A stretch of 64,000 nt of DNA. Source: an uncultured Planctomycetaceae bacterium (GTDB taxonomy: Bacteria; Planctomycetota; Planctomycetia; Isosphaerales; Isosphaeraceae). Below, piece after piece: positions 29,808 through 39,441 of this stretch (position 1 is its first letter; every line of letters begins with the position of its first letter). The notes beneath the pieces were generated by a model. That model saw only the letters and a program-made list of their open reading frames with translations, did no database searches and was not told the DNA's origin. The position numbers and the translations under genes are program-made. The DNA is taken from positions 6,240,001-6,304,000 of the forward strand of contig CAWIAD010000002.1 of NCBI GenBank assembly GCA_963833985.1, in the 5' to 3' direction.

Positions 29808-30974
29808 TTATTTGGGTGTCGGGTCGGCGGGCGGCTTGGGGATGTCGATGGGCTGGTCGAGGACGGGGCCCTCCTGGCGGGCGGCCTCGGCCCGCTTCTG
29901 CATTGCCTGCACCTGGATGGCCTGGTCGAGACCCTTGATCAGCGCCTCGGTGTTGTCTTCCACGTTGGCGTCGGGTTGTGCCTGGAAGGCGAACTCCTCG
30001 GGCTTGATGGCGGCGTTGATCTTGACATTGGTGTAGGCGAGCTTGATCTCGCTGGGATCGATCTTCTCGATCGAGCTGCGTGAGCCGATGAGCTTGCCGT
30101 CCGGGCCGGTGCGGCGGGTGTCGAGCAGGACCGTGGGAACGCTACCAACCATATCCAGCTTGTAGGGCCAGCCGTCTTCCTTGCCCAGGTAGAGCGTGGC
30201 CCGGCTGGGGACGAAGGCCGGCAGGGGACCGGCGGCGGGGAGCGGGCGCTGGTCGGCTCCGACCAGTCCATTCCGGGTGCGCCAGGTTCCCCGCAGCACC
30301 CAGACGGACTTGCCGTCCAGCGTTTCCTCTTCTTTCTGGTCGAACTTCACGGCCCTCCGCAGGCCGACGAGTAGCGTATCCGGGCCAGCGAATCCCATCT
30401 GGCTGAGGATGCCGTCACGCGTCTTGGCGTCGATATCGGGCGAGTTGAGACGCTCGAAGATCGGCTTGATCGAGAGTTTGCGGTAACTCCGGTAGTCGAG
30501 AACCTGCTGATATTCCCAGAGCGTGTCGCCGTCGCACACCTGGAGCAAGCTGCCGGTCGAGTCCGGCAAGCCGGAGACGGTGAGCATGAGGTAGATCTTC
30601 GAGACCGGCGCCTTGAGATAGCGGCCCTTGATGTCGAACTTCTGCTTGAGGATCGTGGCCGACTGGACCATATCGGCCGAGACCGACTTGATGGCCGCGA
30701 CCTTCTTGATCGCCAGGTCGATCAGTTGCTCGGCCTCGGTGGCAGGCTCCGCGGGCGGCTCGGCCGGCTTGCCGGCCCCGGGCGGCTGCGCGAGGTTGCC
30801 GCCGGGCGGCTGCGCCGGAGCGTTCGACTTCGCGTCCGGCGCGGCTGTGGGCGGCTGCGTGCCAGAGGGCTGCGGGGTCTGCGCCAGCGCTTTGCCCTGG
30901 CCAGCAAGTCCGCTGGCCCAGAGAAACGCCCCGGCGAGCACGACGGCGTGCAAGTCAAATCGTTTGTAATACAT
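29808..30974 (-). CDS. LolA-like periplasmic beta-fold protein
   Basis: Signal peptide and Pro-rich linker; SVSADMVQ..GRYLK, LQVCDGDTLWEY, YTNVKIN..IKPEEFAF. Confidence 0.7.
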   Translation of the reverse strand: MYYKRFDLHAVVLAGAFLWASGLAGQGKALAQTPQPSGTQPPTAAPDAKSNAPAQPPGGNLAQPPGAGKPAEPPAEPATEAEQLIDLAIKKVAAIKSVSADMVQSATILKQKFDIKGRYLKAPVSKIYLMLTVSGLPDSTGSLLQVCDGDTLWEYQQVLDYRSYRKLSIKPIFERLNSPDIDAKTRDGILSQMGFAGPDTLLVGLRRAVKFDQKEEETLDGKSVWVLRGTWRTRNGLVGADQRPLPAAGPLPAFVPSRATLYLGKEDGWPYKLDMVGSVPTVLLDTRRTGPDGKLIGSRSSIEKIDPSEIKLAYTNVKINAAIKPEEFAFQAQPDANVEDNTEALIKGLDQAIQVQAMQKRAEAARQEGPVLDQPIDIPKPPADPTPK

Positions 30975-31372
30975 GATTTGGATGTAAGGCAATTCCTCAA
31001 GGAAGGGGCCAGAATGCCCGATCATAATCGCTAGGCGTCTTGAGACGCAAGTCCGGCCGGCGATCACCGAGCGCCGCGGCCTGGTGGAAACCCGCGACGG
31101 GCTGGAGCACGCACGCGCGGCAGACCGGCGGGCCTGGTCCGGTCCTTTCGTGGTCCGGGCCCGGATGAGCTGGCTCGATGCTCGAGGCGGATTGGTCGGG
31201 ACGTCCGGCGGCCTGGCCAGGCTCTGTTCCTGGACCGTCCCGGGCGGATTGACCATGGCCGATGCGGTCGCAGTAGGAAGTCAGGAAGACCAAGCATTCT
31301 CCCCGATCGTCGGATACGGAGGGCTCGGGCCCCGGGCCGGCCGGCTTGGGTCGCGGGAGTTGGAGGAGATCC

Positions 31373-32419
31373 ATGCATACTATCGGAGTGCTGCTGCTGG
31401 CGGCAGCGACCGCCGGCGACGGATTTGGATATTCCGACCCCGGAGTCCATCTCAAGAAATGGCTGCGGCCGCACGCCGTGGTCTCCAGTGCCGCACCGCC
31501 AGGCGGTCCCCAGTACACCGCCGCAACCATGAACGGCGGCCCGGGGATGGGACCAGGAAACCGCCGCCAGGTCAACACCAAGAGCCAGATCTACTTCATC
31601 GATCCCGACGGCATGAACATCGGCTGGCAAACCAGCACCGGGCCCAACGGCGAACGGTCCTACGCTGGCACTCAGCTCGTCGTGCCGGCCCGCTATAACT
31701 TCACTCAGGGCTATATCTACCGTCTCAAGCTGTCAAACATCCCGGGCCGTCAGGGCGTCAGTCTCTACCCGACCATCGAGGTCGCCCCAACCACCCCGGC
31801 GACCGACGCCTACCTGGCCCACAACGCCATTCCCATCCAGTTCACTGCCGAGGATTTCGATCAGGTGGTCGACGGCGGTAACTTCGTGACCAAGGTCATC
31901 TACCTGCCCGATCCGAAATACCAGGAAGTGGCTGTTTCGGGTGTGGAAACACTCGTCTCTACCCGGCTGGAACCGGGAGTCGATCCGATCCTCGAGGCCG
32001 ACCGCCGCGGCACCATCCTGGTGATCGTCCGGCTTGGAGCCATCGACCTGGAGATGCCCATCGGCCCGTCCGGCCCGATGGTGCACGGTTCGGTGATGAG
32101 CGCACCGGTGAGCGGCCCGGTGATGAACGGTCCGGCCGCCGGCATGCCCGCGACCACGTCGGCTCCGGTCACCGAGGTACCTCCCGGCAGCCTGCCTCCC
32201 GGCGTGACACCGCCGCCCCCCGCGGCCGCGCCCACCGAACCCGTCGACACTGCCACGCCGGCGGCACCGGCGCCGGCACCCGCACCGGCGCCGGCACCCG
32301 CACCGGCCGAGGCGCCGGCGGTGGTCCCGCCCAGCACCACGCCGGCCCCGGCACCCCCCGCGCCGGGCCCTCAGCCTGCCCCGCCGGCCCCGGCTGTGAA
32401 CCCGGCGCCCGGCGCCTAG
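31373..32419 (+). CDS. Secreted hypothetical protein with Pro/Ala-rich tail; shares a domain with the downstream gene
   Basis: RBS ggagga, signal peptide, YRLKLSNIPGRQGVSLYPTIEV, VTKVIYL, IVRLG. Confidence 0.85.
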   Translation: MHTIGVLLLAAATAGDGFGYSDPGVHLKKWLRPHAVVSSAAPPGGPQYTAATMNGGPGMGPGNRRQVNTKSQIYFIDPDGMNIGWQTSTGPNGERSYAGTQLVVPARYNFTQGYIYRLKLSNIPGRQGVSLYPTIEVAPTTPATDAYLAHNAIPIQFTAEDFDQVVDGGNFVTKVIYLPDPKYQEVAVSGVETLVSTRLEPGVDPILEADRRGTILVIVRLGAIDLEMPIGPSGPMVHGSVMSAPVSGPVMNGPAAGMPATTSAPVTEVPPGSLPPGVTPPPPAAAPTEPVDTATPAAPAPAPAPAPAPAPAEAPAVVPPSTTPAPAPPAPGPQPAPPAPAVNPAPGA

Positions 32420-32681
32420 CCGACGCGCCGAGCCAGCAGCCAGCGCTCCCGGCATCTCACAGCCCTGCAAACTCATGAACACCCCGGTGGACCGCGTCGC
32501 GGACGTGTTCCGCCGGGGTGTTCCACAGCCCGCACTCTTCGCTGGCAATCGCCAGGGAAGGTGGGTGGGAGGAACCCACCCGGCCCGAGCGGATTCCGTC
32601 AGGTGGGTTGCGGCCCACTTCAACGAGACCCAGGCAGGACGGCCTGACTTCATCGGGCCCGGAACAGCAGGATCGAACACG

Positions 32682-34547
32682 ATGAGCCACCACTCTCATA
32701 ATCACGGTGCCGGACCGAACGCTCTCGTTCTTCTCCAGCGCGCCTGCGGCTTCGGGCTCTGCTTGCTGGCGGGGTTGCTGCCCGGGCGTACTCTTGCTCA
32801 AGACGCCGGCACGGCGGCGAGCGCCGCCCCCCGGTCCGCCACTCCCGTTGCTGCCCGTCGCCAGCCGCCGGTCGTCACGCCCGGCGTGGCGCCGGGCACG
32901 GCCGCGCCGGTGCTTGCGCCGGGCACCACGGCAACTGCCGCGGGACCGGTCCTCATCCCCGAAGGCCACGGTCCGGAACGTCCACCCGCGTTCGAGCCGA
33001 ACGTTCAGCTCGTCCGCTTCTTCGGCCCCGCGGGACTGGGTGTCGAGGTCCTGGCGCCGCAGCCGGGAGCCACGCTGGCCGCAAGCACGCCGGGTATCGC
33101 CACCTTCGGCCTGGAGCGCGGCATCGGCTACCGCCTGCGGCTGATGAACATCACCGAGCGGCCCGGCGTGGAGCTGTTTCCGGTGATCGAGGTGGTCGGT
33201 CACCTGCACCGGCCGCGCGAGGTCGACCCGGCGAAGTATCCCATCCGCGTCGTCTTCACGAATGACGAACTCTGGGATGTGGTCGATCGCGGCCGGCTGG
33301 TCACCAAGGTGATCTACCTGGAAGAGCCCGAACTGGCCGCGCCCGTGAAGGTGGCACGCGACGAGGTTCCGGTGGTGACCCTGAACCCCACCGAGGAGCC
33401 GCTGAAAGTGGCCCAGAGGCTGGGCCGGGTGATGGCGATCGTGCGGATCGGCGGCCGCCGTCCGACGGTCGAGGAGATCCACGCCGGCGCGACCGGTGAC
33501 TTCGGTCTGGACGCCGTCGCCGCCATGGGTTCCGGCCACTGCCCCTTCAGCTCCACCAGCGGCGCGGCGTGCCCCCTGCCCCGCGGCCCGGTGTGCGGCA
33601 CCCCCCCGCCCGCGGGCCGTCCCTGGCTGCCGCGCGACGAGTACCTCTGCGACGGCGGCGACACCGGTGAGCCGGCGGGCGTCGGCGCGGGGGGTAACAT
33701 GCGGGGTATCGACCCGCGCGACGCGGTCATGCGGTTCGACGTGGGACTGAACAGCGCCTCGCAGCCCCGCGTGCTGCCCACCAACCGGGTCTGCGTCTAC
33801 GCCCCGCGCTTCGCCGAGGTCCACGTCAGCACCGGCACGAACCAGGCAATCGAGGTCCACGGGGCGAACCTGAACCGGCGGACCGAGTCGTTCGAGCTGG
33901 CCGAGAGCCGCATGTACGCCCGCAGGCTGGTCCAGAACCAGTCTCCCGAGCTGACGCGCGTCAGACGCAGGGCCCAGGGATTTGCCGCCCGGGTCGTGGC
34001 GGGCGAGGACTCAAACACCCGCAACCTCGACATGTACCACAACGTCCAGCAGGTCAAGGTGGACTCGCAGCGCCAGGACGTGCAGCTCACCCGCACCCGC
34101 ACCAAGGCCATGCTCGCCCGCGACAGGATCCGCCTCGACGGCATCAAGAGCGTGGAGTCGACGGTGATGACGGGCAAGGTGGAGGGGCCCGCGCAGGAGG
34201 TCATGTCCTGGCAGCCGCACGAGATGAACGGCGTGGAGACGCCCCCGAAGCGTCCTGGCGTGGCCATCATCAAGCGCGTCAGCGTTCTGGAGGCAAAGCC
34301 CGGCGACACGGTCACCTTCACCATCACCTACCGCAACATGGGCAACACGCCGATCCACTCCGCCCAGATCGTGGACAGCCTGCTCCCCCGGCTCGAGTAC
34401 GTGCGCGGCTCCGCCCGCGGCCCGCATGGAACGAGCTTCACCGCCGAGGAGAACCGCGCCAGCTCCGAGGAGCTGAAGTGGGTGCTTCCCGGTGTCATCC
34501 CCCCCGGCGGCTCGGGCTCGGTCTCGTTCCAGGCCGTGGTGCGGTGA
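32682..34547 (+). CDS. Secreted DUF11-domain protein
   Basis: YRLRLMNITERPGVELFPVIEV, VTKVIYL, DEYLCDGGD. C-terminal AKPGDTVTFTITYRNMG..IVDSLLPRLEYV.GSA (DUF11). Confidence 0.85.
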   Translation: MSHHSHNHGAGPNALVLLQRACGFGLCLLAGLLPGRTLAQDAGTAASAAPRSATPVAARRQPPVVTPGVAPGTAAPVLAPGTTATAAGPVLIPEGHGPERPPAFEPNVQLVRFFGPAGLGVEVLAPQPGATLAASTPGIATFGLERGIGYRLRLMNITERPGVELFPVIEVVGHLHRPREVDPAKYPIRVVFTNDELWDVVDRGRLVTKVIYLEEPELAAPVKVARDEVPVVTLNPTEEPLKVAQRLGRVMAIVRIGGRRPTVEEIHAGATGDFGLDAVAAMGSGHCPFSSTSGAACPLPRGPVCGTPPPAGRPWLPRDEYLCDGGDTGEPAGVGAGGNMRGIDPRDAVMRFDVGLNSASQPRVLPTNRVCVYAPRFAEVHVSTGTNQAIEVHGANLNRRTESFELAESRMYARRLVQNQSPELTRVRRRAQGFAARVVAGEDSNTRNLDMYHNVQQVKVDSQRQDVQLTRTRTKAMLARDRIRLDGIKSVESTVMTGKVEGPAQEVMSWQPHEMNGVETPPKRPGVAIIKRVSVLEAKPGDTVTFTITYRNMGNTPIHSAQIVDSLLPRLEYVRGSARGPHGTSFTAEENRASSEELKWVLPGVIPPGGSGSVSFQAVVR

Positions 34548-34569
34548 GAGAAGGTCGGCAGAGGTTGAA

Positions 34570-34880
34570 CACCTGGCAGCCAGGAATGTCTGCCCCCCGA
34601 CCACTCTTGCTTCTTATGACACTCAGTCCAGCCTGTCCTGCTTGACACAAGGATCTGGGGGGTCTGGGGGACAGGCATTCCTGCCTGTCCTTCCTACCAG
34701 AGCACAGAGCAGTTGCCTGGGACTCTGCGGTGTCGGCATTGAGTGTGCACCTGGCAGCCAGGAATGTCTGCCCCCCGACGTCTTTACCTCGCAAGATCCG
34801 GCACTGGGCAGCCAGGAATGTCTGCCCTTCCGGCCCTCACTCCGCTGCAAGATCTGGGGGACAGGCATTCCTGCCTGTCC
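34570..34880. repeat. REP/BIME-like cluster of five palindromic units
   Basis: ggcagccaggaatgtctgccc near 34570, 34748 and 34802; oppositely oriented related unit gggggacaggcattcctgcctgtcc near 34663 and 34851. Confidence 0.9.
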
Positions 34881-35264
34881 TCTTGAATGCAGCCTGTCCT
34901 CAATCCCACCTGGCCCGTCACGGATGACTCCTGTTGCAAGAACACATCCCGGCCCGGAATTCTTGTTTGGACTTGCACGATTCACTCAAGCCTGTCTGGA
35001 TTGCCACCAACGGCCTCTCTACGACCAGGATTTGCCCGGTTCATGCGGCAGGCCCTGATGAGAGTCAGGGAATTCCGTAAGTTGACAACTGGCAAGAAAC
35101 CAGGGGAGTAGACTTCTCGTGATGGACCGGAAGAGATACCTGCCGCGCGTCGGCCGTACTCGGGACTCGCGGTGCGGTACAACGTCGATCATGCCATGGA
35201 CCAAAGATGCCCAGCTGGCGACCACCATGCCTTACTCCACTCTGATACTCTGATTGCGAAGATC

Positions 35265-35978
35265 ATGAGCGAGCACGGCCGATCCCCCTGGATGAGTCAA
35301 CTCTTCGCTGCGAAGTCGGCCACACCGGAGAAATCCGAGCGCCGGCAGTGGGTGCGTTTCGTCTTTCCCAACCTGATCACCAGGCTGTCCTGGTCCAGAG
35401 GAACTGAGACGGTCACGCACCTGGTCACTCTGGTCAATGTGAGTGCGGGTGGAGTGGCGGTGACGGTCGACGTGAAGCCTCCTACAGACCGGCCGTGCAT
35501 GATCTTTTTCGAGAATGAGGGCGTCTCCTCGGGGCCGATTCCGGTAAACCTCATCGCCGTGGTGCCCTCGGATTCAGGAAGGTACCTGGCCAGATTCTCG
35601 TTCGAGCACGCCGAGGCCACGCGAGAATTCATCCCACGCCAGAAGGAGCGGCGCGCCTGGCAGAGGGTCATCCCCCGCGAGCGCCGGGCCCGTCTCGCGT
35701 GGCAGGCTGACGACGTGACTGTCTCGGTGTCCGGCGAGATGCTGAACATCGGCGGTGGAGGTGCGGCTGTCAAGATCGATGTCACTCCGCCCTGGAATGA
35801 GTCCATCTGGCTTTCGCTCGGACCTCCTGACCGGGAAGTCGGCCCCGCCGAATGCCGATTGGTCGGACTTCTCCATGATCACCGGAGCAGGATCATCTGC
35901 CGCCTTGCTTTTGTCGATCTCTGCCCCATGCAGCTGTATCAAGCCGCCGTCGAGATATCGACATCGACATCGACATAG
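35265..35978 (+). CDS. Tandem PilZ-domain protein
   Basis: ERRQWVR..NVSAGG and ERRAWQR..NIGGGG (RxxxR plus D/NxSxxG). Start may be 35292. Confidence 0.8.
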   Translation: MSEHGRSPWMSQLFAAKSATPEKSERRQWVRFVFPNLITRLSWSRGTETVTHLVTLVNVSAGGVAVTVDVKPPTDRPCMIFFENEGVSSGPIPVNLIAVVPSDSGRYLARFSFEHAEATREFIPRQKERRAWQRVIPRERRARLAWQADDVTVSVSGEMLNIGGGGAAVKIDVTPPWNESIWLSLGPPDREVGPAECRLVGLLHDHRSRIICRLAFVDLCPMQLYQAAVEISTSTST

Positions 35979-36204
35979 CCTGGCCGTCCGAGCTCAAAGC
36001 ATGGAGCGTGCGGTGCTCGGAATGACCGGCCCGGCGTCCGGCAAGCTCGCCGGTATGATGTTGCGTCACGGCGACCCGTCGCGCACGACCTCGGCCATCG
36101 GTCCACTCGAACAGGGAGCGTCAGGCTCGGCCCTGGCCCTGGGTTGGCGACAGGCGATACAGCGGTGGAGCAACCGGACGCGACGGCAGCCTGGAGGCGA
36201 GCCA

Positions 36205-36747
36205 CTACCGGCCCTGTTTCGTCGCCGCGGCATCGAGCCGCTGGTAATGCGACCAGGCGATATGGGTCTCGCGCTCGCCGGCCGCGCGGCTGATCACCAG
36301 CGTGGTCGACGACTGCCGCCGGTTGACCACGAAGACGCGGAGAGCGAGGGAACGTCCCCGTGAATCGTCCTGTGCTGTGACCGATTGCCCCTGGACCCTG
36401 TTCGCCTCACCCTTGCCCGCCACCGGTTCCCGCGTCTCGTGTGCCGCCAGCTTCTCGGTGTAATACTTGATCACCTTCTCGACCGGGTCGGGTGTGGAAA
36501 GGATCGCGGCGCACTTGACGGATTGTTGCAGCGGATTGCCGCCGTCGCTCATCGTTGCGCCGTCCGGCATGCTCGCTCCGGGATAGCTCCACTCCGCGAG
36601 CGTCCCCATGAGCGTCATGTTCGCTGGCCTTTCCACCTGCGCCCGGCCCGGATGCGGGACGACCAGCGGCAGGGCCGTTGCGGTGGCCAGGCCGAGGACC
36701 AGAAGCGTGATCCGCGGGGTTCTGAAAGGGATCGAGGAAAAGTGCAT
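36205..36747 (-). CDS. Secreted hypothetical protein
   Basis: RBS ggagag, signal peptide, STPDPVEKVIKYY. Confidence 0.75.
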   Translation of the reverse strand: MHFSSIPFRTPRITLLVLGLATATALPLVVPHPGRAQVERPANMTLMGTLAEWSYPGASMPDGATMSDGGNPLQQSVKCAAILSTPDPVEKVIKYYTEKLAAHETREPVAGKGEANRVQGQSVTAQDDSRGRSLALRVFVVNRRQSSTTLVISRAAGERETHIAWSHYQRLDAAATKQGR

Positions 36748-37025
36748 CGCTGTCTCTCCGATCGGTTGCCCGTGGCGCGTCATGTCGAAAGCATCGTGAC
36801 AGGTGCAGGATCGCCTAGACTAAAGAACCTGTCACTGTGCCTCTCTCTCGATCCTACGTGTAAGGTGCCATATCCTTAGAGCGGTTTTCACTCGGTTCAC
36901 GGAGTGCCCCCCCTTTTCAACACTCAGAAACCGCATGCAACCCGTCAGAAAACCGCCCGGGAGAATATTTGAAGCAAGATCCGTCGGCTCGTCCCTTCCG
37001 GAGCACCGTCGGAGGGCACCTCCGC

Positions 37026-37055
37026 TTGACCGCCACGCGGGCGAAAGACTATGAT
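37026..37055 (+). promoter_or_regulatory. Putative sigma70 promoter
   Basis: TTGACC-N18-TATGAT upstream of the TPR and pseudouridine synthase genes. Confidence 0.6.
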
Positions 37056-37126
37056 CACCGAAGACTTACGTATCGAGGGTCAGTCCGGCTGCGCGCTCTG
37101 CGTTGGGCCGGTGCGAGGCAACCAGG

Positions 37127-38173
37127 ATGAAGAAGGAACCCGCGCGTAGCCCATCTCCGGCGCCCGTTTCGCCACGGCCATCGGCGACGAAGCACCAGTT
37201 CGAGCACCAGGTCCCCACGCACATCCATGATCCCGAAGAGGACATGATGCTGCTGGCGCGCTGGACTCACCGCGCGATGCAGAACCCGGTGAAGTTCTGG
37301 GGAGCGATTGCGGCGGTGGTCGCCGTCATGCTGGGGGTGGCCGTGCTGAGCAACGTGATGGGGACCGGCTCTTCCGCCAACGCCGAGGTCTGGAGCAAGC
37401 TGGAGGCCGTGAAGTCGCCGGCCGATCGCGTGCAGGTTGCCGAGGAGTATCCCGGCACGACCGCCGCGATGTGGGCGCGGCTGGAGGCCGCGACGGAGTA
37501 CTACAACCAGGGGTTCGCGGACCTGCCCAACAACCGCGACGTGGCCCTGCCGAACCTTCAAAAGGCGATCGCCAACTTTGACGAGGTGTTCAAGAACGCC
37601 CCCAAGGACTCGCCCCAGGCGCGGGCCGCGGCGCTGGGCAAGGCACGGGCGCTCGAGGCGAGAAACGAGCTTTCCAAGGCCATCGAGCAGTACGAGGTGG
37701 TTGCCAAAACTTACGCGGGCACGAGCGAGGCCGAGCAAGCCAGGAAGCTGGCCGACGCACTCAAGCGGCCGGAGGCGGCCTCATTTTACAAGAGCCTTTA
37801 CGCCTATTCGCCCAGCAAGGTGACGCTGCCTCCGCTGGGCACCCAGAATCTCGACATGCCTCTTCTGCCGTCGCCTGGCGCCACGAAGGCCGGCGGACTG
37901 CCGTTTGAAGACCCTTCCGGCGGTCTGCTGCCGTCGATGCCGCTCCTGCCCCCGCCCCCGCCGTCGCCTCTCTCGAAGGGCGCTGCGGCGCCGGCGAAGG
38001 CCGCGGATGCGGGCAAGAGTGCACCGGCTGCCGCGTCCGGGCCGTCACCCGCCGGCCTGCCGGAGAACCCGTTCATCTCCATTCCAGCGGCCCCCGCGGC
38101 CAGCCCGAGTGCTGCCAAGAAGGCCGAGTCGAAGTCGGATTCCGCGGCCCCGAAGACCAACGTACCAAAGTGA
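37127..38173 (+). CDS. Membrane-anchored TPR protein (YfgM-like)
   Basis: One TM helix; YPGTTAA, ALGKARALE..AIEQYEVVAKTY; Pro-rich tail. Confidence 0.8.
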   Translation: MKKEPARSPSPAPVSPRPSATKHQFEHQVPTHIHDPEEDMMLLARWTHRAMQNPVKFWGAIAAVVAVMLGVAVLSNVMGTGSSANAEVWSKLEAVKSPADRVQVAEEYPGTTAAMWARLEAATEYYNQGFADLPNNRDVALPNLQKAIANFDEVFKNAPKDSPQARAAALGKARALEARNELSKAIEQYEVVAKTYAGTSEAEQARKLADALKRPEAASFYKSLYAYSPSKVTLPPLGTQNLDMPLLPSPGATKAGGLPFEDPSGGLLPSMPLLPPPPPSPLSKGAAAPAKAADAGKSAPAAASGPSPAGLPENPFISIPAAPAASPSAAKKAESKSDSAAPKTNVPK

Positions 38174-38210
38174 CGACCCGCACCGCGCAGCCTTGCAAGA
38201 CCATGAATCC

Positions 38211-39242
38211 ATGTGGCCGCCACCGCTGTCGGAAACACCCCAGGAATTCGAAGTGCGGCCGCGCACCGACGGCAGGCGGATCGATGCGTACCTCGCCGGC
38301 CGCTACTCCGACTATTCCCGGAGCGTGATCCAGCGGGTCATTGACGCCGAGGCCGTGCATGTCAACGGCCGGCCCGTGAAGGCGTCGTACAAGATCCGCG
38401 TGGGCGACGTGATCCGCGTCTGGCTGCCCGAACTGCCGGACATGACTCCGGTGGCCGAAGACATCCCCATCGACGTCGTGTACGAGGACGAGACCCTCAC
38501 CGTCGTGAACAAACCGCCGGGCATGGTCACCCACCCGGCGAAGGGGAACTGGCAGGGGACGCTCGTCAACGCGCTTCAGTTTCACTATGACACGCTCTCG
38601 ACCCTGGCCGGCGCGAGCCGACCCGGGATCGTGCACCGGCTCGACCGCGACACCACCGGGCTTCTGGTCGTGGTCAAGAACGACCTGGCCCACCGCCGGC
38701 TGGCCCTCCAGTTCGAGCACCGCGAGGTGCACAAGGAGTACCTCGCCCTGGTCTACGGCGTGCCGGAGCGCGACAGCGATTACATCGAACGGCCGATCGG
38801 CTTTCACCCGCTGGTGCGCGAGAAGATGGCGATCCGCACGCTCGAAGATGGAGGCAAGCCGGCAGTGACCTACTACGAGGTGGCCGAGCGGTTCCGGGGA
38901 TTCGCCCTGGTGCGCTGCATGCCGCAGACCGGCCGTACGCACCAGATTCGCGTGCACCTGGCCCATATCGGCCACCCGATCGTGGCCGACAAGGCGTATT
39001 CGGGCCGCAGCCGGCTGGTGCTGGGTGATCTGCGGGCCGCCACGCAGGCTGTGGTTCCCGCCCTGGCTTCCGAAGCGGCCGCCAGCGATCCGGACACGCT
39101 GCTGATCGACCGGCAGGCCCTGCACGCTCACTCATTACGCTTCGCCCACCCCGCGACCGGCCAGCCACTGCATCTCTCCGCACCGCTGCCGGCCGACATG
39201 ACTCGGGCGCTTGAAGCCTTGCGGATCTATTGCCGCAATTGA
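38211..39242 (+). CDS. RluA family pseudouridine synthase (RluD-like)
   Basis: S4 domain RIDAYL; VVNKPPGMVTHP, GIVHRLDRDTTG, TGRTHQIRVH, RQALHA. Confidence 0.96.
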   Translation: MWPPPLSETPQEFEVRPRTDGRRIDAYLAGRYSDYSRSVIQRVIDAEAVHVNGRPVKASYKIRVGDVIRVWLPELPDMTPVAEDIPIDVVYEDETLTVVNKPPGMVTHPAKGNWQGTLVNALQFHYDTLSTLAGASRPGIVHRLDRDTTGLLVVVKNDLAHRRLALQFEHREVHKEYLALVYGVPERDSDYIERPIGFHPLVREKMAIRTLEDGGKPAVTYYEVAERFRGFALVRCMPQTGRTHQIRVHLAHIGHPIVADKAYSGRSRLVLGDLRAATQAVVPALASEAAASDPDTLLIDRQALHAHSLRFAHPATGQPLHLSAPLPADMTRALEALRIYCRN

Positions 39243-39405
39243 GTGTTCACTCAATTGTATGCGATATCGCTCAAGTCTCGTCCGCTGGTGCTGGCCAGAA
39301 CTGACCACCTGAACACCAGTTGGCAGCCGGAACCATTCACCTGGCAGTTTACAGCCACCTATTCATTGAAAATCCTCACTTTTCGGGCGCTGGCCGCCTT
39401 TTCCC

Positions 39406-39434
39406 TTGACCTATCCAAAAGTTCATACTACATT
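39406..39434 (+). promoter_or_regulatory. Putative sigma70 promoter of the polymerase cassette
   Basis: TTGACC-N17-TACATT in AT-rich DNA, 7 nt before an in-frame ATG at 39442. Confidence 0.6.
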
Positions 39435-39441
39435 TCCGTAC

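Noticed and set aside
27549..30083. 844-aa plus-strand ORF (also 13195..15327, 52683..54743, 48828..50345)
   Set aside because: Antisense shadows of well-supported genes, expected at high GC; no recognisable motifs.
34570..34880. CRISPR array
   Set aside because: Units alternate in orientation, spacing is irregular, linkers are partly repeated and there are no cas genes.
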